NCBI RefSeq assembly: GCF_018350175.1
Contig: NC_058368.1
Span: 10,850,001-10,914,000, forward strand
DNA: 64,000 nt
Direction: 5' to 3'
DNA from: Felis catus
Taxonomy: Eukaryota
Shown here: in pieces, positions 12,418 to 26,359 of the stretch
How positions within the stretch are numbered: position 1 is the stretch's first letter
How the letters are laid out: every line of letters begins with the position of its first letter
Translations under genes and position numbers: made by a program
Notes under the pieces: model-generated
Seen by the model: only the letters and a program-made list of their open reading frames with translations
The model's database searches: none
What the model was told of the DNA's origin: nothing

Positions 12418-15400
12418 GGGGTCACCAAAACTGTGAGGAAGGTCATTTCTGACCTTTCCCTCCTCGTAAACACAACTAACAATTATTCACAGACAAGACA
12501 TCACTGAGAGAACCCTAGAGACAAGAGAGTCCACACTGGAAGCATAAGGGATCAGCCACACGGTGCCAGCACTGCCTCTCCCCCCCAGGCTGGCATAGAA
12601 CCAAGAAGTCTCCCCTGAGCCTATAGTTCCTCCAGCGAGAAAAGAGAACCTGGGAGCCAGCTCCCCCAGGGTTGTGGCTCACTTTTTGGGAGCTCCCACT
12701 CCAGTGTTGCCCCATGGGGATTGCAGGGGAATCTGTGGGGTTTGACCACCAAGCATCTGATTGTGACAGAGAAAGATGAGAGGTTTGCAACAACTAGCAC
12801 TTGGATCTTGACAGACCAAATTCCTACCTACAGCCCTCAGCTAGTAGCCCCACTTGGTGGATTTGCTCACCTGCAGAGCCAAGATAGTCGCACAGTCTGA
12901 CCAGGCAACTCAGCAAGGCACAGGTCTATCTGAAACAAGCTGTCAAATGAAAAGCCTTACCAGCCCTGAAGGCTGGCCTGCCCCTGCCCAGGCAGGAGAT
13001 CTGAGAGCATAGCACATTGCTGAATGTAGCTCCCAGGCTGGCCTGACCAGAAAGGCCGGCTGGAACACCTAGAAGCTGTGTAGCCTTGCAATGTTTGAAA
13101 AGAGAATGTGGCAGGTAATGCTTATTGTCTTCAGAGCAAAGCCAGTGGCACCATTTGAAGAGGAAACTTGAGATATGAGTAGGCTTATGTCAAGACCATA
13201 AACAAAGAACCTTTCTAGGCTTAGAGTCTGTTCTCCCACGCTGCTCAGACAAGGGAGCAGTAGCCTTGCACACTACTGAGTGCAACTCCTGGTCCTGCCT
13301 GACTAGCAAAGCCTGGAAGCTGTATAGTCCAGCTACACTCAAGCAGAGAATCTGGCAAGCACAGTTGATTACTGCGGAGCAAAGCCAGTGGCACTGTTCA
13401 GCCAGGGAACCTGGGGAGCTGGTTGTCTTGAGTCAAGACCACAAAAAGCCTTGCTGGTCTTGGGGTTCTGCTTTGCCAAGGCTGGGAAACTAATCCGTAG
13501 CCCTGCTCAGAGTGCAGACAGCCTTCAGCGTGCCTGGCCACAACACCAAACCAAAGCACACAGGAAGCTGTGTAGCCCATCCAATAATCTGTAGACAGTG
13601 GCACTTTAACAGAGAGAGCAGAGCTTGTGGCTCTCCCCATATGGAGGGGAAAATTGGCGGCCCTGTCTGGCCAGAGGGAATTCAGTGCATAGTCTTGCCT
13701 GATTTGGTTTCCCAAAATCAGCTGTGCAGGCCTTGGGCCCCATTCTGCTGCGTCATCAGGGCATGAAAATGAACTCATAGTTCCTCCTACTATGAGTATA
13801 ATACTCAGTCCCAACCATCTTGTAAGCCTGAATTAAGAACCCAGGCAAATGCAAAGCCCATCCTATAGCTTTGCTTGGGCAAGAAACCCAAGTAGCTATA
13901 CTTGTATCACTGATTGGACTTTAAAAATGGCAAAAAAAAAAAAGGACAAAGAAGGTCTTCATATAATGATAAAGGGGTCAATCCATCAAGAAGACACAAC
14001 AATTGTAAAAATCCACCCCACATGAAAACACCAAAATATATAAAGTAAAAGCTAATAGAGATAAAAGAAGAAATAAAGAACAATATGACAACAATTAAGG
14101 ACTTTAGTACCCTATTTTGAACAATGAATAGATCATCCAGAATCAATGGTAAATAGTGGATTTAAACAACACTATAGACCAAAAGGGCCTAATAGACATA
14201 TATAGAATATTTTATTCAACAACAGAATATACATTCTTCTCAAGTGCACATGGGATACTTTCTAGGATAGACCATACATTATGACACAAAACAAGTCTTA
14301 GCAAATTCAAGATTGAAAGGATTTCAAGTCTCTTCTCTGATCACAATGGTGTGAAAGTAGAAATGAATAAAAGAAATAAAGCTGGGAAATTCATGAATAC
14401 ATGGAAATTAAGCAGTCTACTGATCAACCAGTGGATCAAAGAATAAATCAAAGGGGAAATAAAAAAGTATTTGGGGGACAAACAACAACAAAAAGACAAC
14501 AAACCAAAACTTAAGGCAATGTAGCAAAAGCAGTTCTAAGAGGGAAGTTGATAGAAATAAATGCCCCCATTAATAAACAAGAAAGATCTCAAATAAGCAA
14601 CCTAAGACTACACCTCAAGGAACTAGAAAAAGAAGAAAAAAACTGAGGCCAAAGTTAGCAGAAATAAGGAAATAAATATTAGAACAGAAAATGAATGAAT
14701 AAATGAGATGAAGAGCAGAAAAACAATAGGAAAGGTTAACAAAACTGAGTTGGTTCTTTGAAACAATAAACAAAACTGACAAACCTTTGGCTAGACTAAC
14801 CAAGAGGGGGGAAAAATGAAAAGATTCAAACCAACAAAATTATAAAGGAAAAAAAGGACATTACAAACAACAACACAGAAATACAAAGGATTATAATAGG
14901 CTATTTTGAACAACTATTCACCAACAAACTGGACAACCCAGAAGATGTGGAAAAATTTTTAGAAACACATAACCTACCAGGACTTAATCAGGAAGAAATA
15001 GAAAATATGAACAGACCAATTGTTAGTAAAGGGACTAGATCAGTAATTTAAAACCTTCTAATGAAGAAAAGCCTAAGACTAGATGGCTTCACTGATAAAT
15101 GTTACCAAACATTTAGAGAAGACAATATCAATCCTTCTCAAGCTCTTCCAAAAAAAGTTGGAAAGGATAGAATACTCTAAAACTCATTCTACAGCCTTAC
15201 CCAAATACTAAAGTCAGAAAAGGACATTGTAAGAAAACAAAACTATACAGGCCAATATTCATGAAGATTATAAATGCAAAAATATGCAAATAAATATTAG
15301 CAAATCAAATACAGCAGTACATTAAAAACATCATTTGCTATGATCAAGTGAGATTTATCTCTGAAATACAAGGTTATTTCAACATATGGCAATCAATAAA

Positions 15401-18062
15401 TGCAATATATTACTTTAATAGGATGCAAAAAATCATATCTCAATAGACACATAAAAAGCATTTGCCAAAATTCAACAACCATTTATGATAAAACTCTTTA
15501 AAAATTCAGTATTGAAAGAATGTACAACAACAGAGTGAAGGACATGTAAGATAAGCCCACAACTAACATCATACTCAATGGTGAAAGGTTGAAAGCTTTA
15601 CCTTTAAGATCAGGAACAAGACAAGAGTGCTCACTCTCACCACTCTTATTCAACATAGTGCTGGAACCTCTCTCCAGAGCAATCAGATATGAAAAAGAAA
15701 TAAAAGGCATCCAAATCACAAAGGAAGAAGTAAAATAGTCTCTATTTGAAGCTGACAAGATTGTATAGTAGGGAAAATTTTTACCAGTCCACCAAAAAAC
15801 TATTATATCCACTCAATAAATTCAGCAAAGCTGCAGGACACAAAATTAACATGCAAAAATCAGTGGCATTTCTACAAACTAACAACAAATCATCTGAAAA
15901 AGGAATAGATAAAAACCATCCCACTTACAATAGCAGCAAAGCTAAAGTATAAAATAGTTAAAGAGTACAGGGCACCTGGGTGGCTCAGTTGGTTAGGCGT
16001 CAGACTTCAGCTCAGGTCATGATCTCGTGGTTCATGAGTTCAAGCCCCACACTGGGCTATGTGCTGACAGCTCAGAGGCTGGAGCCTGCTTCGGATTCTG
16101 TGTCTCCCTCTCTCTCTGCCCCTCCCCCATTCGTGCTCTGTCTCTGTCTCTCTCAAAAAAAAAAAAACATTAAATTTTTTTAAATACTTACAAATAAACC
16201 TAACTAAGGAAGTGAAAAATCTCTATACCAAAAATTACAAGACATTCATGAAAGAAATAGAAAACACAAAGAAATCAATGATATCCTATGTTTACAGATT
16301 GAAAGAATATTGTTAAAATGCTCATGCAACCCCAAACCATGTATAGATTCAATGCACTCCTGTTAAGATTCCAATGGCATTTTTTAAGAATGAATGGAGA
16401 GAATTATAAAAAACAATCCTAAGATTTATACAAAACCATAAAAGACCCTGAATAGCTAAAAAAATCCAGAGAAAGATGAGCAAAGCAAAAGGCATCAAAC
16501 CTCCTGACTTCAAACTATATTATAAAACTGTAGTAACCAAAATAGCATAGTACTGGCATAAAACCAGATAAATAAACCAATGAAACAGAATTGAGGTCCC
16601 AGAAATAAACCCACACACATACAGTCAACGAATGTTTGACAAGAGTCAAGGATACTCAATGGAAAAAAGACAGTTTCTTCAATAAATGGTGCTGAGAAAA
16701 TATTCACATGTAAAAGAATGAAACCACACTCTTGTCTTCCACCACTCACAAAAATTAACTCAAAATGTATGAAAGCTTTCAATGCAAGACCAGAAAACAT
16801 AACTCTAGTAGAAGAAAACATAGGAGAAAAGCTCCTTGACATGTGTCTTGCCAATGGTTTTTGGATATGAAATCAAAAGCACAAGCAACAAAATAAAAAA
16901 TAAATAAGCAGGGCTCCCTCAAACTAAAAAGCTACTGTCCATCAATATACATAATCGGCAAAATTAAAAGGCAACCTATGGAATGGGAAAATTATTTGCA
17001 ACCCATATATCTGGTAAGAGGTTAATGTCCAAAATATACACAGAACTCATACAACTCAATAGGAAAAAAGAAAAGAGAAAAAGAGGAAAAAAAAGATAAA
17101 ATGGTCAAAGGAGCTGAATAGACATTTTCTTCCAAGAAGAAAAATGGTCACAGGTACATTACAAGATGCTCAATATGTTTCATCATAAGAGGAATGTAAA
17201 TCAAAATCACAATAAGCTAGAACTTCACACCTGTTAGAATGGCCATCGCCAAAAAGTCAACAGATAACACCTGCTGGCAGGGGATATGGAAAATAGGAAA
17301 CCTGTGTGCACCATCAGGGGAACTGAAAATTGCTGCAGCCACTGTGGAAAACAGATGGATTTCCCTCAAAATATTAAAAATAGAACTACCATATGATTCA
17401 GCAATTCTACTTCTGGAATGTATCTGAAGCAAACAAAAACACTATGTTGAAGAGATACATGCACCCCCATGTTCACTGTGGTATTATTTACAATTTGCCA
17501 AGACATGAATAGGTGAATGAACGGTTAAAGAAGTTGTGGTATATATACAATGAAATATTATTCAGCTATTTTTTTCAAAAAAAGGAAATCCTGCCATTTG
17601 CAACAACATGGATGATCCTTGAGGGTATTAAACTGGACAGAGAAAGGCAAACATGTATGATCTCATATGTAGAATCTGAAACAAACAAACAAAAAGAAAT
17701 TCATAGGAAGAGATCACATCTGTGTTAGCAGAGGTGGGGGCATAGAGGGAGAGAAAATTAAAGGAAGGCACAAGTTCCAGTCATAAGATAAATAAGTACT
17801 GGGATGTAGTGTACGTGATGACTATAACTTATGCCGCTGGATAGTGTATTTGAAAGTTAGGACAGTAAATTCCAGAGTCCTCATCACAAGAGGAAGAAAA
17901 ACATGTTTCTCCCTTTGTCTTTTTTTTTTTATATCTATGTGAGATGATGGATGTTAACTAAGCTTATTGTGGTAATCATTTCGCAACACATGTATGTCAA
18001 GTCATTTTGCTGTATGCCTTCAACTCATACAGTGCTCTATGTCTTCCTAAAACTGGAAAAAT
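12418..18062 (+). mobile_element. L1 (L1MA9/L1_Carn-like) with 5'UTR, decayed ORF2 and 3'UTR; ORF1 absent
   Basis: 5'UTR 12418-13890 abuts EN sequence AGTAGCTATACTT; ORF2 is colinear with the 2782-8764 L1; 3'UTR GATGATGGATGTTAACTAAGCTTATTGTGGTAATCATTTC. Confidence 0.88.
15970..16182 (+). mobile_element. Can-SINE within L1 ORF2
   Basis: canonical head, CT tract and tail. Confidence 0.95.
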
Positions 18063-18069
18063 ATTTTAC

Positions 18070-19695
18070 AAAACGGAAAGAAAAGTAAAAGTAAAATGCT
18101 TCATCAAATACAGACTATCAAAAAGAGTTAGAAATTCATTTCAGAATGGAAATTCAAGAACTGAAGTGTACAATACTGCAAACTTTTACTAAAGAGACTC
18201 AGCAGAAGATTGGAACTTACAGAAGAAAGAATCAGCAAGCTTGGAGATAGACTGATATATTATGCAAGCCAGAGAACAGAAAGAATAAAGAATGAAGAAA
18301 AATGAGTAGCTTAGAAGAAATGTGCAGCGCAATTATGGAAGCCAACATATACGGAATGAGAGTACCAGGAGGAGAAATAGAGAAGAACTAGAAAAAATTT
18401 GAAGATCTAATAGCTAAGAACCCCCAATTAATTAAAATAAACTTATTATATATCAGTGTGTTATAATAATATAATATATAATACATATAATAATATAATT
18501 GTATGTTACATAGAAATATATATAATGCGTACAGTATATATATTAATCTACACATCTGAGAAGCTCACAAAGGAAAGACAAAGAAGAGAAAATTGCAAAA
18601 GCAGGAAGAGAAAAACAGCATATCATGCGCCAGTGAACCCCAACAGATTAATAGCTGATTTCTCATCAGATATAATAGTGGCCAGAAGGCAGTGCAAGGA
18701 CATACTATTCAAAGTGCTGGGATGGAAAAAAAAAAAAATCCTTGGCAACCAAAAATATTATTTCCAGAAAGAGAATTCTCAAAAGTTAAAGTAAAATAAA
18801 GGCAATCCTACCTAAACAAACACAGAGAATGTGTGGCTGTCATATCCTCTTTGAAAGGTATATTAAAGGAAGGTTATCAGGCTGAATGTCATCCCAGACA
18901 GTAATTTGAGTCTAGACACAAAAAAGTGACGAGCACCAGTAAGTGTAAGTACGTAAGCCAGTTTAAATGCACATTTCTTCCCCTTTCTTCTTTTAACTGA
19001 TTTTAAAAATACCATATAGGGGCGCCTGGGTGGCGCAGTCGGTTAAGCGTCCGACTTCAGCCAGGTCACGATCTCGCGGTCCGTGAGTTCGAGCCCCGCG
19101 TCGGGCTCTGGGCTGATGGCTCAGAGCCTGGAGCCTGTTTGCGATTCTGTGTCTCCCTCTCTCTCTGCCCCTCCCCCGTTCATGCTCTGTCTCTCTCTGT
19201 CCCAAAAATAAATAAACGTTGAAAAAAAAAATTAAAAAAAAATGCCATATAGAGTAATATGTACATATTTGTATTGTTAGGACTATACATATATAAATGT
19301 AATATTTTTGACAATAATTGCATGAAAGGATTGGCTGGAAACAAAGATGTATCGAAATTAGAAAACGACATCACGTGGCAACTTGAATCCACAGGAACAA
19401 ATGAAGAGAACCAGAAACGGTTAATAAGACAGTTAATATAACAGACTCCATAAATATACACTTGTTCTCCTTGCTTCTTTCAGCTTCTTTAAGAGACATC
19501 AACTATATAAAGTTTACATTTACGATTACAACAATGTGTAGCTGGGCTTGTAACATACAGACATAGTATCTATAAAAATAACACAAAAGGAGGAAGAGGA
19601 AGTTCGTGTAAGAGTAGCATTCCTATATTACACCGGAATAAAGTCAGCATATATCTGAAATAGATTCTGACAATAGGCATATTAAAAAAAATAAT
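18070..19695 (+). mobile_element. Continuation of the old host L1 (ORF1 and inter-ORF region)
   Basis: ORF1-like ...NRLIADFSSDIIVARRQCKDILFKVL in ORF 18456-18794. Confidence 0.8.
19019..19237 (+). mobile_element. Young felid SINE (SINEC_Fc-type)
   Basis: CpGs intact; TSD AAAAAT(A/G)CCATATAG at 19005-19019 and 19238-19252. Confidence 0.97.
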
Positions 19696-21853
19696 GACAT
19701 AGATGATCTCGGCTGACATCCCTTGCAAAGATCAACAATTAGATAGCTATCCATGAACAAAAACACAACTGGAGTCCACTTATGAAATTTCAACAAAACA
19801 GTGGGACAAAAAAATCTAAGAATAACTGCACTAGAAGAGAAGAAAGGCAGCTTCATTTTGCCTGCATCATCCCATGCCCTAAGCCAGCACTGTTCAGCAT
19901 CGAGAGGAAACTTCCCAGCTAGAAAAAGTTCCCCTCAGCAGCAAAGGAAGAACAGGACGACTGACCAGCTTACCCAGCCGTTGGGCACCACACCAAGGTC
20001 CTACTTCAGTTTTGTCCCACCCCGACTGGCAAAGCGGAGATGTCTAGAGATGGTTAGGAACAAGGGAGAAAAGCAGGGGCTGCCAAGAGCAGCCAGGAGT
20101 GGGAGTAATCATGGTTCACCTGCTCTGCAACAAACCCAGCAGATTTCGCCACTGAAGAAACCAAAAACCAGCATAGCTGCCGAAACCCCCCTGCAGATGT
20201 CACCAGCTTTGGTCCCACAAATATTTATGTTCCCTGATGTTAGCACCTGAGTCCCTCCCTGTTCCCTCCCACTCTTGACCCTACTAAAGCCTGGAGACTG
20301 CACCAGCACACAGCCTAGGCCTCTGTGGCTCTGAGTGCAAGATACAGCCTAGACCCCTGGCTGACCCCCTCCATCCTCTATGTGCGTTAGGCCTAACCCT
20401 GAAGCTGTGCACTTGCATGCCGCTGGCCTGATGCCTATCGCCAACCTCCACCGCAGTCTGTAGGCCCAAGGGGAGACTGTGCAGCCTCAAGAGAACAAGC
20501 CAACAGCCAAGGCACCTGCAGTTCCTCGGGGGCTCAGACAAGGCCCTGTTTTCTGTTACTGACCCACATCACCACAAGTACCTGCAGATAGCCTCTAGCT
20601 ATGCACCTGCATGTCCCTGGCCTGACCGCTGTCACTGGACTCCACTGCAGTGTGCACACCTAGAGAGAGACTCTGCAGCCAAGGGAAATCATGCTGACAG
20701 CTAGGGCCTTGCAGCCGCTAGTGAGTCCGAGTTGACCTGGCCATTGTTGCTTGTCCTGGCCCCTACCACTATGTGTATATATGCATTTGACCCTTGCCAC
20801 TACACGGGGGCAGCCAGCCCCTGTAGCCATGTGGGTGCCCTACACCACTGACTGCTGCCTGCCCTGTTCCCTACCCACCGACCTGGAGGCACTGCTGAGG
20901 ATCCCAACAATCCTTGCAACAATGGAGGACACTCTAAAGTCCCCACTAAGGACCACATAGTTGTCAATGCTGTGCTACCCAGCAGCCTGAGCTGAATAGA
21001 CATCACACTCACCCCCTCCGGACCTGGTGCCACCACAAACCCCAGCACTCGATGCCCTGGACCACCAGACCTGAGGTCACAACACTCCTGAGTCTGCCCC
21101 CACCCACAGGTGAAAGTCTTCACTTACTGAAGTCAGTCCATAAAGTCAGAAAGAGATGCTCACGTCTTCAAATGTGCAGACATCTGTGCAAGGCTACAGG
21201 GATCACGAAGAATCAGGGAAACATGATCCCACCAAAGGAATACACCAAACCTCCAGTGACTTGCCCCAGAGAAGTGAAGATCCTGGAATTGCCTGACAGA
21301 TATAATAATCATTGTAAAAATGCTCAGAGAGCTATAAAAGAACACAGATGAACATCTTAAAAATACAAGGAAAACAATATAAGAACAAAATGGGAACTTC
21401 AACAAAGATTAAGAAACGTAGAAAAGAACCAAACAGACATTTTGGAGATGAAGAATACAGGGATAGAACTGAAGAATTCAATAGTGAGTTTCAACAGCAG
21501 ACTGAGTGAAGCAGAGGAAGAAAGAAACAGCTAGAGGATAGATGACCTGAAATTATCCAATCAGAGGAGCAAAACAAAAGAATGAAAAGGAATATAGAAA
21601 GGCTACAGAATTTATGGGACATCAGTGACATAAATAATGAATAGGTCATTGGAGTCTCAGAAGGAGAAGAGAGAGAGAAAGGGGTAGAAAGGTTATTAAA
21701 GAAATAGGGGCTGAGAAATTCCCAAACCTGTGGAGAGATATGTTCACCCAAGTTCATGAAGCTAATAAGCTAAAATTTCAACCCCAAATGATCTTCTCCA
21801 AAACACTAATAAATCCAACATCAAAGTAAAATAATTTTAAAAACAGTAAGAGA

Positions 21854-22050
21854 GGGGTGCCTGGGTGGCTCAGTTGGTCTTCAGCTCAGGTCATGATCTC
21901 ACAGCTTGTGAGTTGGAGCCCTGCATGTGGCTCTGTGCTGGCAGCTCAGAGCCTGGAGCCTGCTTCAGGTTCTGTGTCTCCCTCTCTCTCTGCCTCCCCT
22001 GCTCACAGTCTGTCTCTCTATCTCTCTCAAAAACAAAAATAAAATAAAAA
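21854..22050 (+). mobile_element. Can-SINE
   Basis: canonical body with a small deletion in the head. Confidence 0.93.
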
Positions 22051-22051
22051 C

Positions 22052-22238
<187 letters not shown>

Positions 22239-22713
22239 TCAAGAGAAAGAAAATTTCTCTCATAAAAGTGAGCCCCTATATGGCTATCATCAGACTACTC
22301 AGCAGAGACTTTAGGAGAGAATGGGATGATATATTCCAAGGACTGAAAGAAAGTACCAACCAAGAATATTTTATGCAGCAAAGTTGTCCTTCAGAAATAA
22401 GGTGAGATAAAAACCTTCCCTAACAGAGAAAAGCTAAGGGAGTTCAGCACCACTAGACCTGCCTTATGAGAAATGCAAAGAGGAGAACTTCAACTTTCAG
22501 TTGAAATGAAAGAATGATAATTAGTAACATGGAAACATACAAAAATATACAGCGGACTGGTAAAGGCAAATATATAGGATTCAGAATATTCTAATACTGC
22601 AATATGGTCATGTGTTACCACTTAACCCTAACATAAATGTTAAGGGACAGAAGTATTAAAAGTTACTACAGCTATAATAATTTGTTAATAAATACATAAT
22701 ATAAAAATACATA

Positions 22714-22912
22714 GGGGTGCCTGGGTGGCTCAGTAAGTTAAGCATCCAACTTCAGGTCATGATCTCACAGTTTGTGGGTTCGAGCCCCTTGTCAGACTCT
22801 GTGCTGACAGTTCAGAGCCTGGAGCCTGCTTCAGATTCTGTGTCTCCCTCTCTCTCTGCCCCTCCCCTGCTCACACTCTGTCTCTCAAAAATAAACATTA
22901 AAAAAATTTTAA
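22714..22912 (+). mobile_element. Can-SINE
   Basis: canonical head, CT tract and tail. Confidence 0.93.
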
Positions 22913-22969
22913 AAACATAAATTAAAACATAAAAGTGATTGAAGTTAAATTGTTACAAGTAAAACACAC

Positions 22970-23000
22970 TTATATAGAGACATATATACATATATAAGTG

Positions 23001-23034
<34 letters not shown>

Positions 23035-23090
23035 TACACACACACATATATATGTGTGTAGTATGTATACACGTGTGTATACATATATAC
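22970..23090. repeat. (TA)n/(CA)n/(TG)n compound microsatellite
   Basis: direct reading. Confidence 0.9.
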
Positions 23091-23351
23091 AGTTTTATGT
23101 AAGTCTCATGCTAACCACAGAGCAAAAACCTACAGTAGACTCATAAAAGATAAAGAGCATGGAATCAAAGCACACCACTATGTAAAATCATCAATTCACA
23201 AAGTAAGGCAGCAAGAGAAGAAGAAAGGAATAGGGAACCATAACATAGCCAGAAAACACTAAAGCAGTATTAGTAAGTTCTTACCTATTAATATTTACTC
23301 TAAATGTAAATAGATTGAATTTTCCAATAAATACAATGGAGTTAGATGGAT

Positions 23352-23413
23352 GAGAAGAGAAGAGAAGAGAAGAGAAGAGAAGAGAAGAGAAGAGAAGAGA
23401 AGAGAAGAGAAGA
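23352..23413. repeat. (GAGAA)n pentanucleotide STR
   Basis: direct reading. Confidence 0.95.
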
Positions 23414-23611
23414 GGCACTTGGATAGCTCAGTCAGTTGAGTGTCCAACTCTTGATTTCAGCTCAGGTCATGGTCCAACGGTGGTGGAATCAAGCCCCCAT
23501 GGGGCTGCACACTGAGTATGGAGTCTGCTTAAGACTCTCTCTCTCTCCCTCTGCCCTCTCTCTCTTCCCTCAACTTGTGCTCTCTCTTTCTCAGGAGGAG
23601 GAGGAGGAGGA
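23414..23611 (+). mobile_element. Older Can-SINE with a (GAG)n tail
   Basis: GGCACTTGGATAGCTCAGTCAGTTGAGTGTCCAACTCTTGATTTCAGCTCAGG. Confidence 0.88.
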
Positions 23612-24433
23612 ATTGAGACCTACCTGTAGGCTTCCTAGGAGAGACTCACTTCAGGTTTAAGGACACACATAGGCTCAAAGTAAAGAGATGGAAGATGATA
23701 TTCTACACAAGTGCAAACCAAAAGAGAAAAGGGTTATCTATACTTGCATCAGACAAAATAGATTCTAAGCCAATGGTAACAAGAGACAGAGAAGATCATT
23801 ATATAATGATAAAGTGGGACTACCAGAAAACTTAAAAGCTTCTGTAGAGAAAAGGAAACTATCAACAAAATGAAAAGGCAACCTATGGCATGAAAGAACA
23901 TGTGCATATATAAGGGTTAATATCCAAAATACATAAGGAACTCATACAATTCAATACCAAGCAATCCAGTTTAAAAGTGGCCAAAGGACCAAAGAAGCCA
24001 TTTTCCCAAAGAATACATACAAATGGCCAACAAGTACAACATAGAAAGGTGCTCAACATCACTAATAATCAGGAAAATGCATATCAAAACTACAATGGGC
24101 TGTCACCTCACACCTATTAGAATGATTATCATCAAAAAGACAAGAGCTAACAAGCATTGGTGAGGAAGTGAAGAAAAAGGAACTTTAGTGCACCATAGGT
24201 AGGAATGTAGATTGGTGTAGCTACTATGGAAAACAGTACAGAGGTTCCTTAAAAAATTAAAAATAGAAATACCATCTGTTCCAACAATCTCACTTCTGGG
24301 TATGAATCCAAAAGAAATGAAATTACTATCTTGAAGATATATCTGCACTCCTATGTTCACTGCAGCATTAGTCATAAGCATGAAGAAACGGAAACAATCT
24401 GAGTGTCGGTGGATGGATAAAGAAGATGTGGGT

Positions 24434-24660
24434 GGGGCGCCTGGGTGGATCAGTCGGTTCAGCCGCCGACTTCGGCTCAGGTCATGATCTCGCGGTCCGT
24501 GAGTTCGAGCCCCGCGTTGGGCTCTGTGCTGACAGCTCAGAGCCTGGAGCCCGTTTCACATTCTGTGTCTCCCTCTCTCTCTCTGCCCCTCCCCTGTTCA
24601 TGCTCTGTCTCTCCCTGTCTCAAAAATAAATAAAACGTTAAAAAAAAATTAAAAAAAAAA
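24434..24660 (+). mobile_element. Can-SINE, relatively young
   Basis: CpG-rich; AAGATGTGG flanks both ends (TSD). Confidence 0.95.
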
Positions 24661-25159
24661 GATGTGGCATATGAGAAAGAAGGAAAGCCTTCCATTTGCT
24701 TTCCTCCCAATGAACTTTGACAACATTATGTTAAGTGACTTAAGTTGGACAGAGAAAGACAAATATTGTGTCATCTCACTTATATATAGAATATCAAAAA
24801 TCAAACTTAGAGAAACGGATGAGTGATTTGTGGTGAGGAAAGGAATGGAGGGTGGGGGAATTCAGTGAAGATAGTTCAAAGGGTACAAATACCCAGTTTT
24901 AAGATGAAAAATTTCTGGGAATGTAGGTGACTAGTTACCAATACTGTATTGTATATTTGAAAGTTGCTAAGAAAGTAAATTTTAAAAGTTCTTACCACAC
25001 ACACACAAAATGTGTAACTATGTGAGGTGATGGGCACGTTAGCTAACATTATGGTAATTACTTTGCAATATATACACATGTAAAATCACTACTTATATAA
25101 CATACACTTACACAATGTTATATGTCAATTATATCTCGATAAAGTAGGGGGGAAAAAAA

Positions 25160-25950
25160 GGAGGGATCACTTCCCAAGTTATTCTATGAGCCAGTGTTAT
25201 CCTGATACTATAACTAGAGCAAGACATTCATATGAAAACTACAGGCCAATATATGTTATGAATATAGATGAAGAAAAATCCTTTAAGTACTAGAAAGCTG
25301 AATTCAGTAATATATAAAAGGACTGCACACCATGATCAAATGGGATTTATCCCAAGAGTGCGAGGTTTGGTTAGCATACGAAAATCAATTATTGTAATAG
25401 CTCACATCAATAGAATAAAGGACACAAACCACATAATCAACTCAATAGATGCAGAAATCCATTTGTCAAAATTCAACATTCTTTCATGATAAAAACACTC
25501 AACTAGAAGGAATAGAAGGAATCCCCACTGCTAACATCATGCTTAATGGTGAGACTAAACAGTTTTCCTTTAAGATCAGGAACAAGACAAGGATGTCCCA
25601 TGTTGCCACCGTCTTCAGTATTGTTCCAAAAATTCTAGCCAATGCAGTTAGTGAAGAAAATGAAATAAAAGGCATCCATACTTGAAAGGAAGATATAAAT
25701 CTATATTTATTTATAAATGACAACATGTTATAGATGGAAATTCATAAAGAATTCGCTAAAAATTAGGTAAGCAAGTTCAGCAACATTAAATGATACAAAC
25801 ATCAACATATATATTAAAAAATCCATTTCATTTCCATACACTCACAAAGGATAATCAAAAAATGAAATTAAGAAGGCAAATCCCTTTATAACAGCATCAA
25901 AAGAATAAAATACTTAATAAATATAATAAAAATAGTACAAAACATAAACT
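25160..25950 (+). mobile_element. Old L1 ORF2 (RT region) fragment
   Basis: [14 protein letters not shown] and PTANIMLNGE motifs. Confidence 0.85.
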
Positions 25951-26099
25951 CTGATGGGCTGCGGACCTAAATGAGCATGAGTGAGATAGTTGTTGCACAG
26001 AGTTAACACAGTTCAAGAACCTAACACAATTCAAGAATGTCCATGTTAAACCACAAGGGAACCCTCTGTTCCTTATGAAAAAAGAGGTCCCATCTCAAC

Positions 26100-26240
26100 A
26101 CTATTTCTGGCTCCTTAACCTACTAGCTGTGTGATTTTAGAAAAGTTTTATTACCTCCTGTGCTGTCATTTCCTTATCTGCAAAACTGTTATAATAAGAG
26201 TGAACACATCAAAGACCATTGTGTAAAAGAGTGCGCTTTG
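26100..26240 (+). mobile_element. MIR fragment
   Basis: CTACTAGCTGTGTGATTTTAGAAAAGT...CATTTCCTTATCTGCAAAA core. Confidence 0.7.
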
Positions 26241-26359
26241 CTTGTATTAAGGGCTTTCTCTGTGTTCATTGTTATTAGGCCTCAAGTCGAGAGAGTAGCC
26301 TTCCCCAATGTACCACTTCACAAGTTAGTCTTTTTATACCATTGATATCCAAATATAAT

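Noticed and set aside
11103..13814. ORFs of 90-138 aa in GC-richer sequence
   Set aside because: They lie in L1 5'UTRs, often have non-ATG starts and show no recognisable domain
19019..19100. tRNA genes at SINE heads (A and B boxes)
   Set aside because: They are tRNA-derived SINE 5' regions followed by a CT tract, poly(A) and TSD
26004..26038. 17-bp tandem duplication AACACA(G/A)TTCAAGAA
   Set aside because: Ordinary slippage duplication with no further structure
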